NCBI GenBank assembly: GCA_951406725.2
Contig: OX597819.1
Span: 19,592,001 to 19,656,000 of the forward strand
Length of the DNA: 64,000 bases
Source of the DNA: Octopus vulgaris
Taxonomy: Eukaryota
Reading direction: 5' to 3'
Part shown: one piece after another, positions 30,096-43,192 of the stretch
Numbering within the stretch: position 1 is the stretch's first letter
Layout of the letters: every line of letters begins with the position of its first letter
Notes under the pieces: model-generated
Told to the model about the DNA's origin: nothing
The model's database searches: none
Seen by the model: the letters and a program-made list of their open reading frames with translations, nothing else
Translations under genes and position numbers: made by a program

Positions 30096-30468
30096 CTAGC
30101 AGTATCGCCCGGCGTTGCTCGGGTTTGTAAGGGAAATAACTATAAAGCATTTTTAGAGAGTTATAGCCAAAAAATGGAAAAAAAATTATGGTCAATTTTT
30201 TTTTTAGTTAAGAAGGTCGAGTTGCGTCCCCTAGACAGTCTTATGTTTGTGTTTCTGATTCTCGACCCCCATGTCGAATTTATCGATTTTTTTCAGAACT
30301 GGGGGAACTTTTCAAAATTTTCGCTGCGTTAGTTTTGAATTATGACATTGGGCTATGTGTGTGTCAACTTTCATCAGAATCGGTTGAAAGCCGTGGTCAG
30401 GGTGAAGGTACGAGAAAACAGACACACAGAAACACGCACAGACAAACTGCCGTTTATATATAGAGAGA
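30096..30468 (-). mobile_element. Non-autonomous Helitron
   Basis: Minus strand A|TCTCTCTATATATAAAC at the 5' end; 3' hairpin CCCG-AGCAACGC-CGGG then CGATACTGCTAG|T; AT target, no TSD. Confidence 0.85.
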
Positions 30469-30563
30469 TACACACGCACACAAACACACACACACACATA
30501 CACACACACACATACACACACACACACATACACATATATATATGTTATCATTATTATTATTAT

Positions 30564-30775
30564 TGTCGGTGCTCAGCTTCTAACGCTGGAGATGTACAAC
30601 GGTGTCAGCTGTTCACTACCAGTAAACTAAGGTAAAACCCCTTATTTTTCGAGCACCTTCCGGAATATTCGAGCGGTTCCAAGCAGTGTTGTTTTCTACA
30701 AGGGCTCCACACTTATTGCAACCCTTATTTCTTTCCTGTACTTCTCAAGTCTTTTACTCACTCTTCCCAGGACTC
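30564..30775 (-). mobile_element. RLE-type non-LTR retrotransposon 3' end with (AAT)n tail
   Basis: Minus translation LGRVSKRLEKYRKEIRVAISVEPL*KTTLLGTARIFRKVLEK*, then a short 3' UTR and (AAT)n at about 30545-30563. Confidence 0.75.
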
Positions 30776-30809
30776 ACATGAAATTCTCAGATCTCCTTCA
30801 TAACAGGAT

Positions 30810-31060
30810 GACGCTTCTTACGTCATTCATGATTTTCAACGAGATTTAGCATCCAGTGTTTAGATTTTTCAAGATATTTTGCCAGTCCAGTTGTGGTGGT
30901 TTTGTAGATTTCCGATTGGATCAAGCTTCGACGTCCTTGGGACTTGGGCTGGTGAAGACGATCTGTGTCAGCCTTGCATGTCATTGCAAGTCATCAGCTG
31001 TCGGATTTTCCTTTCAATCTTCCCTATTTCTCTCATATTCCAGTAAAACACAATCAAGCT
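30810..31060 (-). mobile_element. R4/Dong-like post-RT fragment
   Basis: WNMREIGKIERKIRQLMTCNDM / KADTDRLHQPKSQGRRSLIQ / YKTTTTGLAKYLE (frameshifted), matching the family motif W...EL..LDRK.RKL.T....HPK.D.DRLY..R..GGRGL. Confidence 0.7.
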
Positions 31061-31139
31061 GTAAATAACTACCAGAACTGCTATTAATATTATCATTATT
31101 ACAACAAAAACGTCGGACATTATACAATATCGTGAGGTT

Positions 31140-31560
31140 GTTGATTGTAGATATATTGTGTACACAGAGGGTTAGTACTGTTTGTCAAAACGCAAGGACC
31201 TCAGACAGACAGTACTTTATACAATATGCTTGGAGTTCCAAGTAATGCTGACTTCTGCAATACATTTAATTTGTAGGTTATCTCTGAGGTTTTCCATTGT
31301 TTTGTTTTTTTCAGATTGTGCGGTTTTGAAACCGATGCTCCGATGACAAGAGGGATAACCTTTATGTTTAACCCTCGTAGCTGCCACATCTTAGCGAACT
31401 CCACTTTTCTCTTTCTTTTATGATGTTGCTTTGCCCTCCTGGCACTGGTACGTCAATTATTTGGCACTTTTGTTTGTCCTTCTAAAAGGTTACTATATCC
31501 GACCTTTGGAACTCTAACACTTTGTCTATCTGGAAATCAAAGTCCCAGAGCACTTTATCA
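31140..31560 (-). mobile_element. RLE-type non-LTR retrotransposon, 5'-truncated endonuclease and C-terminus
   Basis: KVLWDFDFQIDKVLEFQRSDIVTF*KDKQKCQIIDVPVP (PD..D endonuclease region) then KMWQLRGLNIKVIPLVIGA..LQKSALLGTPSILYKVLSV*; 5' end abuts (AAT)n. Confidence 0.85.
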
Positions 31561-31575
31561 TTATCATTATTATTA

Positions 31576-31795
<220 letters not shown>

Positions 31796-31977
31796 TCTTT
31801 AGTTTCTGTGCTTGACTTTACCTGTCATGCCTTTACCTCCTCCATGTAATTCACTTATCGCCCCCACTCCACCCATCCTGCTCGCCTTCTGCCAAAATTT
31901 GCAATCATTATTATTGTTGTTTGTGTTTTTCGCGTTGTTGTTCCTGTTCTTCTTATTATTGAAGATGATATTTTCAT

Positions 31978-32016
<39 letters not shown>

Positions 32017-32360
32017 CACTACTACTACCACCACCTACACCACCACCATTACTACTACTACTACTACTACTACACTACTACTACTACTATTACTACTGCT
32101 ACTGCTGCTGCCCCTGCTGCTGCTGTTGATGTTCTTGCTGTTGTTCAGCTGTTGTCCCCGTGTTTTTGTTTTGTTGTTGTTGCTGTTTGTATCATTAACA
32201 TCACCAATTTTATTAGTTGCACCAATATTAGTATCTTCAGAAATCGTTGCTGACTTTAACTGCGATGACCTCCGAGGTCAATGTGCCAAACGGATCGCTA
32301 GACTGATCAGAGTAACATGAAACAGTAAACAATTTCGATCAATTTTATTTAATGCCTTAA

Positions 32361-32429
<69 letters not shown>

Positions 32430-32528
32430 TCTCTCTTTAGTTTTTCATTTACAACTTCATTTATCTCCCGCTCACTCCATCGCCCTACCACCGTCTCCAA
32501 CACACAAATATGTGTTGGTAAGTCGTAC

Positions 32529-32563
<35 letters not shown>

Positions 32564-32608
32564 TGTGTGTGTTTATCTATATATATGTTATATGCATGCA
32601 TATATATT

Positions 32609-32649
<41 letters not shown>

Positions 32650-32856
32650 GTATATATGTGTCTATATATATAATTAATACATATATATGTATGTATATAT
32701 ATATATAATGCATATATACGTATGTATATATACATATATACATATATATGTATATATGTATATATACATATATACATATATACATAATACACACACACAC
32801 ACACATATATATATAATGCATACATATATATGAACATACATACAAATACCCACAGT

Positions 32857-32900
<44 letters not shown>

Positions 32901-33696
32901 TATAAATATACATATATATATACACAATCACACACACACATATATGTGCATGTATGCACACACACACGCGCACATACATACACACATGCACACATATACA
33001 TGCATGCATGCATGTATGTATGATTTTAATGTAAGCTTATATCGGTATAGATAGGTGTGTATTTATGTGGCTAGGCTGAGAGGTAGTTACAGGTATAGAG
33101 GTATGTAAGTGTATTGCGTCTATGCGCTGTTTTCCTCTCCCGTCTCCACTTATCGATCTCTTTCCATACTTCTATATATTTATCAGTGTCTTTATGTAGA
33201 TGCCTCGCTCTCGCCACCCCATCATTAAACCCTCGCTCTCTTCATCTGTCTGACCAACGTCACCTTACATTCAACCTCCAACCGCCGCCACAAATGTCTC
33301 TACTCACTGTCTGACACTTTTTTAATGGTTATTCCAATAGAACCTTTCAAAATATGATTACATAATGAAAATATTGTTGGCCAAAAATATATGCTTGACC
33401 AGTGTTCACCGAGTCAAGACAATCGGCATTGCGGTCAATCATGTGGAACTAATAAAAAATATTACAAGCACACATTGAACAATAAATAATGGACAAAGGA
33501 GGAAATTGCAGAACTGCAACAGTGTGTGAGCTAAATCCGGACACAGGAATATAAGATGGAGGTGAGCATCGTAGAGGTGGGAATAATAATTCTGTTAAAT
33601 GACATATTGAATCGACGTTCGATTCTCATGGGCGCGGATTTACTTGGGCAAATTCTCCGATATATAAATTTGGTAGTAGAGGACTTATTAACCAGA

Positions 33697-34016
33697 GGAG
33701 GCACATGGCCTAGTGGTTAGAGCAGTGGACTCGCGATCGAGGTATCACGGGTTCGAATCTCGAACACACACACAGGACGAAGTGTGTGTGTGTTTATAAG
33801 CGAAACACCTAAGCTCCACGCGGCTCCGGCAGAAGGTAATGGCGAGACTTCTGTTGACACTATCGCTACAACTTTCTCTCACTCTTTCCTCCTGCATCTT
33901 GCAGCTCACCTGCGACGGACTGGCGTATTGTCTAGGTGGGGAACCTATACGTCAAGAAACTTGGAAACCGGCCCTTATGAGCCAGGCATGGCTCGAGAAG
34001 GAACAGACAACAACAA
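33697..34016 (+). mobile_element. tRNA(Arg-like)-derived SINE (family B), full length, 14-bp TSD
   Basis: Head GGAGGCACATGGCCTAGTGGTTAGAGC..GGGTTCGAATCTC; (ACA)n tail; TSD ACTTATTAACCAGA at 33683-33696 and 34017-34030; second copy at 40910-41214. Confidence 0.93.
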
Positions 34017-34284
34017 ACTTATTAACCAGAATATAAAATACATGACCCACCACCAAACTGTGGCACGCAAGTGCTTATCAATGTCGCGCCTAACGAAAAT
34101 TTATTTCGATTCTTTTTGTTATTTTATTGTAGCCATCTCCTAAAGGTGAGCATTGTCTTGTGCGGCCCGATTTTTTAAAGAGGCTGGCCATGTTTTAAAT
34201 AAATTAAGGTAGGCATTTGTTGATAGGGCAATCGAAGTAAAAATTACCTTTAAATTGTTGCTAACCATGCGGAAGAATATTACA

Positions 34285-34410
34285 GGTGGTAATCGGGTGG
34301 ATGGGTGGTGGTTGGCCAGATGGGTGGTGGCCTAGTGGATGGGTGGTTGCCGCATGGATGGGTGGTGCTGAGACGGACAGGTGGTGGTCGGACGGGAATG
34401 TGGTGGCTGT
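34285..34410 (+). repeat. G-rich degenerate minisatellite with GATGGGTGGTG core
   Basis: About 6 imperfect units of roughly 17-19 bp. Confidence 0.7.
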
Positions 34411-34674
34411 GTGTATGTGTGTTGTCGATGTTTCGGAAGAAAACTTTATCGCCAAATAAAATAATGCAATGGTTACACATTATGGCTAATGCAAGACATC
34501 ATGTCATATGCTTGGGTGGTATTCAATTTCTCAACCCAACCTTGGAGTCATAAAATGTGTTTCAAAGTAGGTGATAGTTGGACTTATTAAATAAAAGAAC
34601 GTGAATATAATATGATGGTTTGCCCATATTTACAGATTGAACGCCTGCAAATGAAAATAATAATTCTTTCTTGG

Positions 34675-34815
34675 GAGGGAAATCGATAGCTCAGTTTGTA
34701 CTTTATCTTATCGACCACGAAAGTTTGGAAGGCAAAGAAGACCACGACGGAGATTGAACGAAGAACGTAAAGCCGGGAGAAATGCCGCTACGCATTTTGT
34801 CCGGTATAGTAACTA
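34675..34815 (-). mobile_element. Degenerate family A SINE
   Basis: GTACTTTATCTTATCGACC..GAAGGCAAAG..GACC..GACGGAGATTGAAC..AGAACGTAAA..GAAATGCCGCTACGCATTT.GTCCGG matches the reverse complement of 25310-25430. Confidence 0.65.
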
Positions 34816-35549
34816 ATGATGTTCCTTCGATTGTCCAGTGTGCTATGGTTTCTGCCAGATTTGATGATGATGATAATGACAACGATGATCACGATGATGA
34901 TGATGATTATAACCGAAACGTCGCAAAATATTTAAGATACAAAGGATTCTAGTGATCTAATTATGAATAAGTAAATTAAAATTCAATTCCAACAAAATTT
35001 GGAACATGAACATTTCCCGTTAAGAAGAAATACCACCACGGGAAAATAATTGAATCCCAACGATTTTGGACCACCATAGATGCCAAGGGCATCACAGAGG
35101 TACTCTTTTCCTTCGTTCATTCTCTCCATCCTAGATTATTAACCTGGAAAATAGCTTCAAGAGCTTGTGCCATCCTTGTCGCACTCAAAGAATTTTCAAC
35201 AACTTATTGACGGAAGGAAACGCTCTTCTTAACTTCATTCATAAATGGAATTTTCAAAAGTTGATGTGAGATTAGCGAAAGAGGAAAGGCGTTTGTTATC
35301 ATTCTTTGAAATGTCATCCATTACACGATTTCTTTCTCAGTCGCAACCAAATATTTGTCTGCTCTTCCCTGACAAAGGCAAGAATTTCCTGGTGGGTCAG
35401 GATTATTGCTGTGTAATAATATTTATAATTTAATCAAAAGATTTGCCAATTTCTGGCAAGAATTATCATCAACTAAATCCCCAACCCAGAGCGTTTAAGT
35501 AGTTCTGTATTTTATCGACTTTGTAGAGATCACAAGCAAATTTGATTCA

Positions 35550-35888
<339 letters not shown>

Positions 35889-36059
35889 TATAGCAAAATT
35901 TATAATCTCATAAATATAGAAGTGTGAAATATTTATTCAGCGGAATTTCAAGGCTGATTGTAAAGAGAAAAAAAATTACGTTATAGGGCGTCTGCAGAAC
36001 AGGAATTTCGCTGAAAGAATTGGTCAATTAAGTCAAACGCATCATTTCAATGGAGCCTT

Positions 36060-36378
36060 AGCTTTGAGCCACAAAAATCAAAATCACTCAGAATGTAAAG
36101 ACGGATGGAATGCCGGCAAGTATTTTGTCCGGAAAACTAACGAACCTGAAAGCACACCGCCTTTCTTGGTTTCCAATTTTAGCAGAATACCAGCGAGTTT
36201 GGTTGTAAGGGACAATTTGTTTACATCGACTCCAGTGCTCAGCTAGTACTTATTTTATTGCTCTCCATATGATGATAGGCAAAGTTGGGCGCGGGAGAAT
36301 ATGAACCCAGGACTCAAAGCCGAGAAATTGCTGTTAAGTAATATGCCGCGTGCGAGCTAACGGTTCTGCAATCGCCTT
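36060..36378 (-). mobile_element. Two adjacent degenerate family A SINE fragments
   Basis: ACTCAGAATGTAAAGACGGA..AATGCCG..AAGTATTTTGTCCGG and CATCGACTCCAGTG..CTAGTACTTATTTTATTG..GGCAAAGTTG..CTAACGGTTCTGC..TCGCC. Confidence 0.65.
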
Positions 36379-36388
36379 AGAAATAATA

Positions 36389-36420
<32 letters not shown>

Positions 36421-36430
36421 AATAATGATG

Positions 36431-36494
<64 letters not shown>

Positions 36495-36618
36495 TACGCA
36501 AAACACATTCAGTACAGTAACCATCAGCGCATCACAACAAATAACGGTACGTACCCAAGGCACACAGAGCTGCGTTCGGTAGTGAAGTGAAAACACGATA
36601 TAAAAATAAAACTACTGA
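36495..36618 (+). mobile_element. Heavily 5'-truncated Dong-like retrotransposon 3' end inside (AAT)n
   Basis: CCATCAGCGCATCACAACAAAT..GGCACACAGAGCTGCGTTCGGTAGTGAAGTGAAA.CACG.TATAAAAATAAAACTACTGAAT is close to the 3' UTR at 43190-43290; (AAT)n on both sides. Confidence 0.85.
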
Positions 36619-36635
36619 ATAATAATAATAATAAC

Positions 36636-36685
<50 letters not shown>

Positions 36686-36754
36686 TGATGATAAAAATAA
36701 TAATAATGAAAATGATATTCATCTTTTCTATTATAAGCGCAAATACTCTAACTT

Positions 36755-36920
36755 TGGAGAGGCAGCTAGTTGACCGCTTAAGTTGTGGTTATTTCATTTA
36801 CACCGAAGCGTTAAAAGCAAAGTCCATCACTTGGGTATTTGAATTCAGAAAATAAAAAGCCGGAAGAAATTGTACAAATCATTGTTTCCGGCGCTAGATC
36901 GCATCTGCCGGCTCCCTGTC
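36755..36920 (-). mobile_element. Highly degenerate family A SINE
   Basis: AAAAGCAAAGTCCATC..TTTGAATTCAGAA..CGGAAGAAAT..TCCGGCGC..TCTGCCGGCTC matches the reverse complement of the family A head and body. Confidence 0.45.
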
Positions 36921-37019
36921 CTAATATCATTAATATTAATTAATAATAATAATTATTAATAATAATAATAATAATATTTGCAAGATTTATGTCAGAGAGA
37001 AAATTGGAATGCGAAAATA

Positions 37020-38050
37020 CAATAGAGGGCGCTTTCAGGCGGAGACGTTTCTAAAAATTAATAAAAGACATTCTATTACTGGTCATAGAAAACATTCTTA
37101 TAATAAAAGTAGGAAAATGAGAAGTTCTACCCTTCCATAGTTATCAAAATATTTACCAACTGAGCGTTTGACACGATATCTTGATTTCTTCAAAATGCGA
37201 AACAGCAGCCTGTTGTATAAGAGATGGTTATTTCATTTTGGTCTATTTTTCGTCATCGACAGTACCCATCCACCTGACCACCACCGTCTGCAAAAATCTC
37301 CCACATAATTAGCAGCATTTGAACAGTAATTTTTACTTTGGTTATTCTATCAAAGTATGCCTGTATTCATTTATCGCAGGTCTGAGCAAAATCTTTCAAA
37401 AGAGTGCTCCTCATGGGACATGGATGTTCATCCGCAGCGATGTGCTGCTAAAAGAAATTCAATTTATTTTTTCGTTATACAAGATATTCAGAATATTCCG
37501 CTGACCGGAGGTTATCCATAACTGATTTATTTCTTGTCATATAAAGATAAAGCATTTAAATCTATAAATTTTGAACCATCATGAATGCGAATGTGAGTCC
37601 CCTCTCTTTTCTGCCGAATATAGTTCCTTGGTGAAACCAAGTCTATTCCGCCGCAACATTTATATCTTACCGTGCAAAATATGAAGTTTATTCATTGTAG
37701 AACATTAGCTCTCCATCCACTCGCAACTATCTTTCCCATTACGGCTTCTTCACAAGTGTGATGTAGCGTCGCCCTTTAGTGCTCTTAATAGTTTTGTCTC
37801 TCCAACTCACACTCTTCATAGCTCACTGATACAGCAAAATGGCATTCTGTGATTGGTAAAAGAAAGTCAAAATACATCATAACCGGCGCAATAATTACCG
37901 AGGAATTCGCGTATTACTGAAGAACATTTTGGACAATATATTTTCAATAATAAATAACTTACTTTAAAACTATTCAAGCTATTTCACAAATACAGTGTGT
38001 TTCAAATGTTTGCAGTCTTGGAATTTTATGTAACGTGTAAGTATACCAAC
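37020..38050 (-). mobile_element. Possible ancient Tc1-like transposase relic
   Basis: Scattered minus-strand peptides MWEIF, GTVDDEK* and NHLL resemble the Tc1 DDE-region motifs VMVWG.F / GT.D...Y / .HL; many stops, boundaries uncertain. Confidence 0.35.
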
Positions 38051-38567
38051 AGAGCAGACACCATAAATGTCACAGTTTACCGCTCAAAATAAACGAACTT
38101 AACAGGCATTACTAATGCAATCCATATTAAACTCAGCAAGGAAAAAGGGGGACGGCACAAAATAACCCAAGCAATCTCACTTGCAACACCTTTACTGATG
38201 ATTACATCAACTGAAATACATTTAGCCAACAGAATAAGATGTTTCAAAAGATAGGAATTACATGGGTGTAAAAGCCTGCAAGTCCTCAGAAAGAAATTCG
38301 CCACTGAGTAGCTGATGAAACTCTAAAGAATGAAAAAAAGCAAGGAGATTATTGTAGTTGCTAACTTAACGTCACGCTACTTCTCTTCACAATGGTTTGT
38401 ATTATTGGTATCGTGAAACTTACAGTAACAATTCAATCGCATTAAGATATCTATAGAGCCTACACATTCCGCTTAGTCTATTTCACACTTTTTCCTCGTT
38501 TGTAAACATAAATGTTGAGTTATCAATAATTAGACAGGTAGTAGAGAAATATTGAAAGGCATATGCT

Positions 38568-38651
<84 letters not shown>

Positions 38652-39377
38652 TATATATGTATGTGTGTATGTATACATATATAAAATATGCATATAGTTA
38701 TAGACATTGTATATTGAATGCTCTCTAACACACACACGCACACACGCGGGCACACACATACATAAATGTATGTAGGTATGTAGCTATATATATTTTATAT
38801 AACATGTTTATAACTAAATATGTGAGTGTATGTTTAGAAAAGGAAGGAGAAAATAGAAGGTGGAGGAGTGGATGACGAAGAAGGAATAATAGTCGTCGTT
38901 AGAGAGGCAGAGAGAGAGAGAATGAGAGAGAGTGAGAGAGTGAGAGAGAAAGAGTGAATGGTAAAATGGAAGAGGGGTGAAAAAGCAGGAGCCATTATTG
39001 AATTATGATAATGTCCATCCAACAGTAGGGCCTCGCTAATAATAAATGTGCATAATTCTGCTTTAAAATAATGATCGATCTCCTAATGACAGGTTTCCGT
39101 TGGTTTTCCTTCGTTTGCGAGGCATGACAGACTCTTCTGAAAGGATTATTGTATTTGTTAATAACCATAGCTACCTTTTTTTTTTCCTATCACCGCCTCC
39201 ACCGCTATCTACATTACGCTCACACACATACATGTACACACATACACGTACACATTCACACACGTATTTTCACACTATTTACGTCTACAACTCGTTATAC
39301 ACTACTGTGCAAAAACAAAAGCCACCTGCAAATGCATGTACATAGGCAGACACTTACACACATACACAAATAAACAT

Positions 39378-39430
<53 letters not shown>

Positions 39431-39929
39431 TTCCCGTATATTTCATATTTCCATCTATGTATAAACATATAACTAGATGCATATATATACATTCATAGAC
39501 ATGTGTATGATCATTTCTACATACAGGCCAGAGAAATCCTACATACATGAATATATACAGACATCCAAACTGAAAAGCATACACGTAAAGATTAACACAC
39601 GCACGCAGACACATACATACCTATGCACATCCACACAAGCATAAACGTACGCAAGCACATACTCAAAGACATATACGCACATAATGCCATCGCTTGTTGA
39701 AACTTACGTCTATGAAATCCCTTTCCTATACACACCTCCACACTCATGCATTTACTCCGGAACTCATACATAACGGCATAGAATCCGATATACACACACT
39801 TTGACGCGTATATACACAGTCAGACACATTCATATATACAATAGATTTTGCATGTATGCACTATACATATTCGATCACAAACACATATCCATGCACAAAT
39901 ATGCAATTATTTACAGGCTGAAACATAAA

Positions 39930-39977
<48 letters not shown>

Positions 39978-40749
39978 TGCATAAAACATATGCAGACACA
40001 AGGACACAGCTACTAACATACACACGTAGACACGTAGCGAAACGCATACATATATGCCGGGTCTCGTAAAAAGGCATATACACGCCTACGTTGATATACA
40101 TATGTTAACGTATACATGCAAGTCACTGCTCAAAAGTATTGGCTTCCAGTTTTATTTATTTTCATTGCTATTTTTGTTTTGTTTTCTATTTCATATTTTT
40201 TAAATATTTTTCAACATCGTTACCATAGAAACAAGTTTATGTGAAACACCAATCTCGTTCGGAAAAAAAAATACCATTTCATTATATCACTTTGTTATAT
40301 ATTTATTTTTAACTTTAGTTTTACAAAAGGTTCATGGTGTTTTATTTTTTTACGTTACTTTACATATCGTATTCATTACTAATACTGTTGTTGTTGTTGT
40401 TGTTGCTGTTGCTGTTGTTGTTATTGTCGTGGTCGTCGTCATTGTTGCAGCTGTTGTTGTAGCTATTATTATCGTCACTGGTGTTATAATTTTATTTGTT
40501 CATCATTATTAGGGCAATAGGCATATACTGTTTTTAAGGAGAAGAGAGGAGGCAGCAAGTGGGGGTCAGAATCGGGGCCCGATTGTCTCATTTCTGAATA
40601 CAGAATGAAACGACCCAAAGTTCTAAGAAGTAAAACAAGAACAACAACAACAAGAATGATGATGATGATGTGGATTTTTCAATTGCCCGAAGTCAGGAGA
40701 TGCACTGGATAAACTACATGCATCACCTACCTATAAAAGCAGGTAGTAA

Positions 40750-41381
40750 TTTTTACTTGTTCTTTATTCCTAGTGCAAGTTTTGAAGAATGCAGTACGAT
40801 ATTAACAGTTAATTTTTCAAAGATATAATGGAAGTGACAAATGAGTTCAGTAAAGGCAAAAACGTAATGGAAAGTGCGAGGAATATTAATGCAGTATATG
40901 GGGATCGGAAAGTTTGTTTCTTCTCGAGCCATGCCTGGCTCATAAGGGACGGTTTCCGGTTTCTTGGCGTATAGGTCCCCACCTGGACGGGACACCAGTC
41001 GGTCGCAGGTGAGCTCATGGTGCAGGAGGAAAGAGTGAGAGAAAGTTGTGGCGAAAGAGTCAGCAGAAGTTTCGCCATTACCTTCTGCCGGAGCCGCGTG
41101 GAGCTTAGGTGCTTCGCTCATAAACACACACATCGCCAAGTCTGTGATTCGAACCCGCGATCCCTCCACCGCGAGTCCGCTGCTCTAACCACTAGGCCAT
41201 GTGCCTCCACAGATATCGGACAGTAAGCGTAAGCAGTTATTAATTGTCGTTCCAGAAAATCCAAGCCGGAAACTTCAGCCTAGAAGATGATCCTCCTGCT
41301 GGAATATCTGCAGAGTTCGACGAGGACGACCTGCAAATCCTGGTGGAACAAAATCCCATTATAACTGTTGAGGAAATAGCA
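40750..41381 (+). mobile_element. Mariner transposase N-terminal fragment interrupted by a SINE
   Basis: Removing the SINE and one TSD restores the frame EFSKGKNVMESARNINAVYGDRTVSVSSY*LSFQKIQAGNFSLEDDPPAGISAEFDEDDLQILVEQNPIITVEEIA, the mariner HTH region (F.SG.F.LED.PRSGRP). Confidence 0.85.
40910..41214 (-). mobile_element. Family B SINE inserted in mariner, TSD ATCGGA
   Basis: Homologous to 33697-34016; ATCGGA at 40904-40909 and 41215-41220. Confidence 0.92.
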
Positions 41382-41712
41382 GGGCTCCGACAATTATTGT
41401 TATAACAGCTACCTTTTTCATCGACCACAACTGCTTTACTTCCCAAGCTGACCTGTCATATCTCTCAACTTTCCTTTCTTCCTTATCGCATACCTTGTTG
41501 TCAGTTGGGCATGCTATATTTATGATCCAGCATAGTTTGTTTTCTTTCTCAGTTAAGACGGTCCGGCTTTATATTCTCTTCTCATGGTCGCACTGAATCA
41601 TTAAACCCCATAGGATCTTTGCATTTCCATTTTCGACGATGCTTTCAAGTTTGTGGTCGTACCAATTTTTTTCTCTGTCAAGTCCATACTTGTTGCAGAG
41701 TCCAATGGACAA
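41380..41712 (-). mobile_element. RLE-type non-LTR retrotransposon endonuclease fragment
   Basis: CNKYGLDREKNWYDHKLESIVENGNAKILWGLMIQCDHE..ACPTDNKVCDKEERKVERYDRSAWEVKQLWSMKKVAVITIIVGAL (frameshifted). Confidence 0.85.
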
Positions 41713-41714
41713 GC

Positions 41715-42390
41715 CTTGATACCCAAGATAAAAAGAAACAACTTGAGAAGAATACATATGGAGAAAATTAGTCAGAAAATGTAGAGCCTGTAGAACTTGG
41801 AACGAGAGTGTGGTACACTTTGTGGTGAAATGCTTCAAGATTGCACAGGAAAATATAAGAAATAATGGAGGCACGAACAGGTTGGAGAAGTTTTACACTG
41901 GTGAATGGGGGCCTTCTTTTTCCAACAGACAAGAACTTTGAAAATAATTGACCGAACATAACGATTATAGATAAGGAAAAGCGAAGTTGCTTACTTATCT
42001 ATCCATCATGGCAGTTTGATACTAGGAGCGTAAAGAGAGGGGACGAAAAACTCGGAAAATACAATCTATTAAAATTTGAAATAGGAAAAAGTTAGAGAAT
42101 GCAATCAGTAAATGTCGTGGCTGTAATAATTAGTTGTTTGGAAAGATTAAGCAAAGTTATAAACAAATGGTTGTAGGAGATTCAAATAGAAAGCCCGGTA
42201 CAGCTTCCTCAGCTTGTCTCTGAGAGATAGCAATGATTACCAGGAGGGTTCTAAGGAATTCGAAGACTGCAGAAAGTTTGAAGAAAACTAAGGTTACAGG
42301 CAGTAACACGATACCCACAAAAGAAAAAAAAAAAGATATATCACCTGGAATAAGACCGAAATTGAGCAGAACCAAAATAATAACGATAAC
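41715..42390 (+). mobile_element. RLE-type non-LTR retrotransposon CCHC knuckle and endonuclease fragment
   Basis: KCRACRTWNESVVHFVVKCFKIAQE / RHEQVGEVLHW / PTDKNFENN*PNITIIDKEKRSCLLIYPSWQFDTR..EKLGKYNLLKFEIGKS*RMQSVNVVAVII; short AAT-like tail at about 42376. Confidence 0.8.
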
Positions 42391-42709
42391 CGTCTCTACG
42401 GTAAGCTCATGGCCTGAAATTTGGGGGAAGTCAATTATATCGACCCCATTATTTCACTGGTACTTAATGTATCGACCCCTCTTTATCAACACCAAAAGGA
42501 TGAAAGCAACAATATTGATAATATATAATAAAAGTGCATATGTGAACATCTATATATGTATATCTAAGTGTATATGTATGTGTGTGTGTGTGAAAAGGTT
42601 GAATTATTTTGGAGGGTTCTAAAATACGTTTTCTAATAAAGATTCTTCATTTTTTGCGGGTAGCTGACTGGCCTAAGTTTACGGAATATGAAAATCATAC
42701 GTGAATGTA

Positions 42710-42884
42710 TTGTGTTATGGGAATTTATGGAAAATGTATCCCATAGAAAGCAACAACGTTGTTAAAAATGGAGAAGAGATGTTAAAACTTGATAGAATTC
42801 TTTAAAATTTTAACATCTCTTTTCCATTTTTAGCAATTTTGTTGATTTCTATGAGATACATTTCCATAAATTCACATAACACAA
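42710..42884. repeat. Fold-back inverted repeat, about 87-bp arms centred on GAATTC
   Basis: TTGTGTTATGGGAATTTATGGAAAATGTATCCCATAGAAAGCAACAA..AAAAATGGAGAAGAGATGTTAAAA versus TTTTAACATCTCTTTTCCATTTTT..TTGTTGATTTCTATGAGATACATTTCCATAAATTCACATAACACAA. Confidence 0.9.
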
Positions 42885-43125
42885 ATATATATATATATAT
42901 AAATTAAATTAGAGATAAAAACCACCATTAGGCAATTCAAACAGTGATAGACATAAACCAAAACATAAAAAACAAAAAAAATGAATATAAGTAATATAAT
43001 ATATAATATATATACATAAAATACAACATTTGAAATTTAAAATATTAAAATTAAAAAAAATGTTAAACTTAATTTTCTTTTAAAATAACTAACCAAAAAG
43101 TATAAAAAAGTTAAATACTCCCTAA

Positions 43126-43159
<34 letters not shown>

Positions 43160-43160
43160 G

Positions 43161-43189
<29 letters not shown>

Positions 43190-43192
<3 letters not shown>

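Noticed and set aside
33697-33770. tRNA gene
   Set aside because: A and B boxes are present but there is no proper cloverleaf; it is a SINE head
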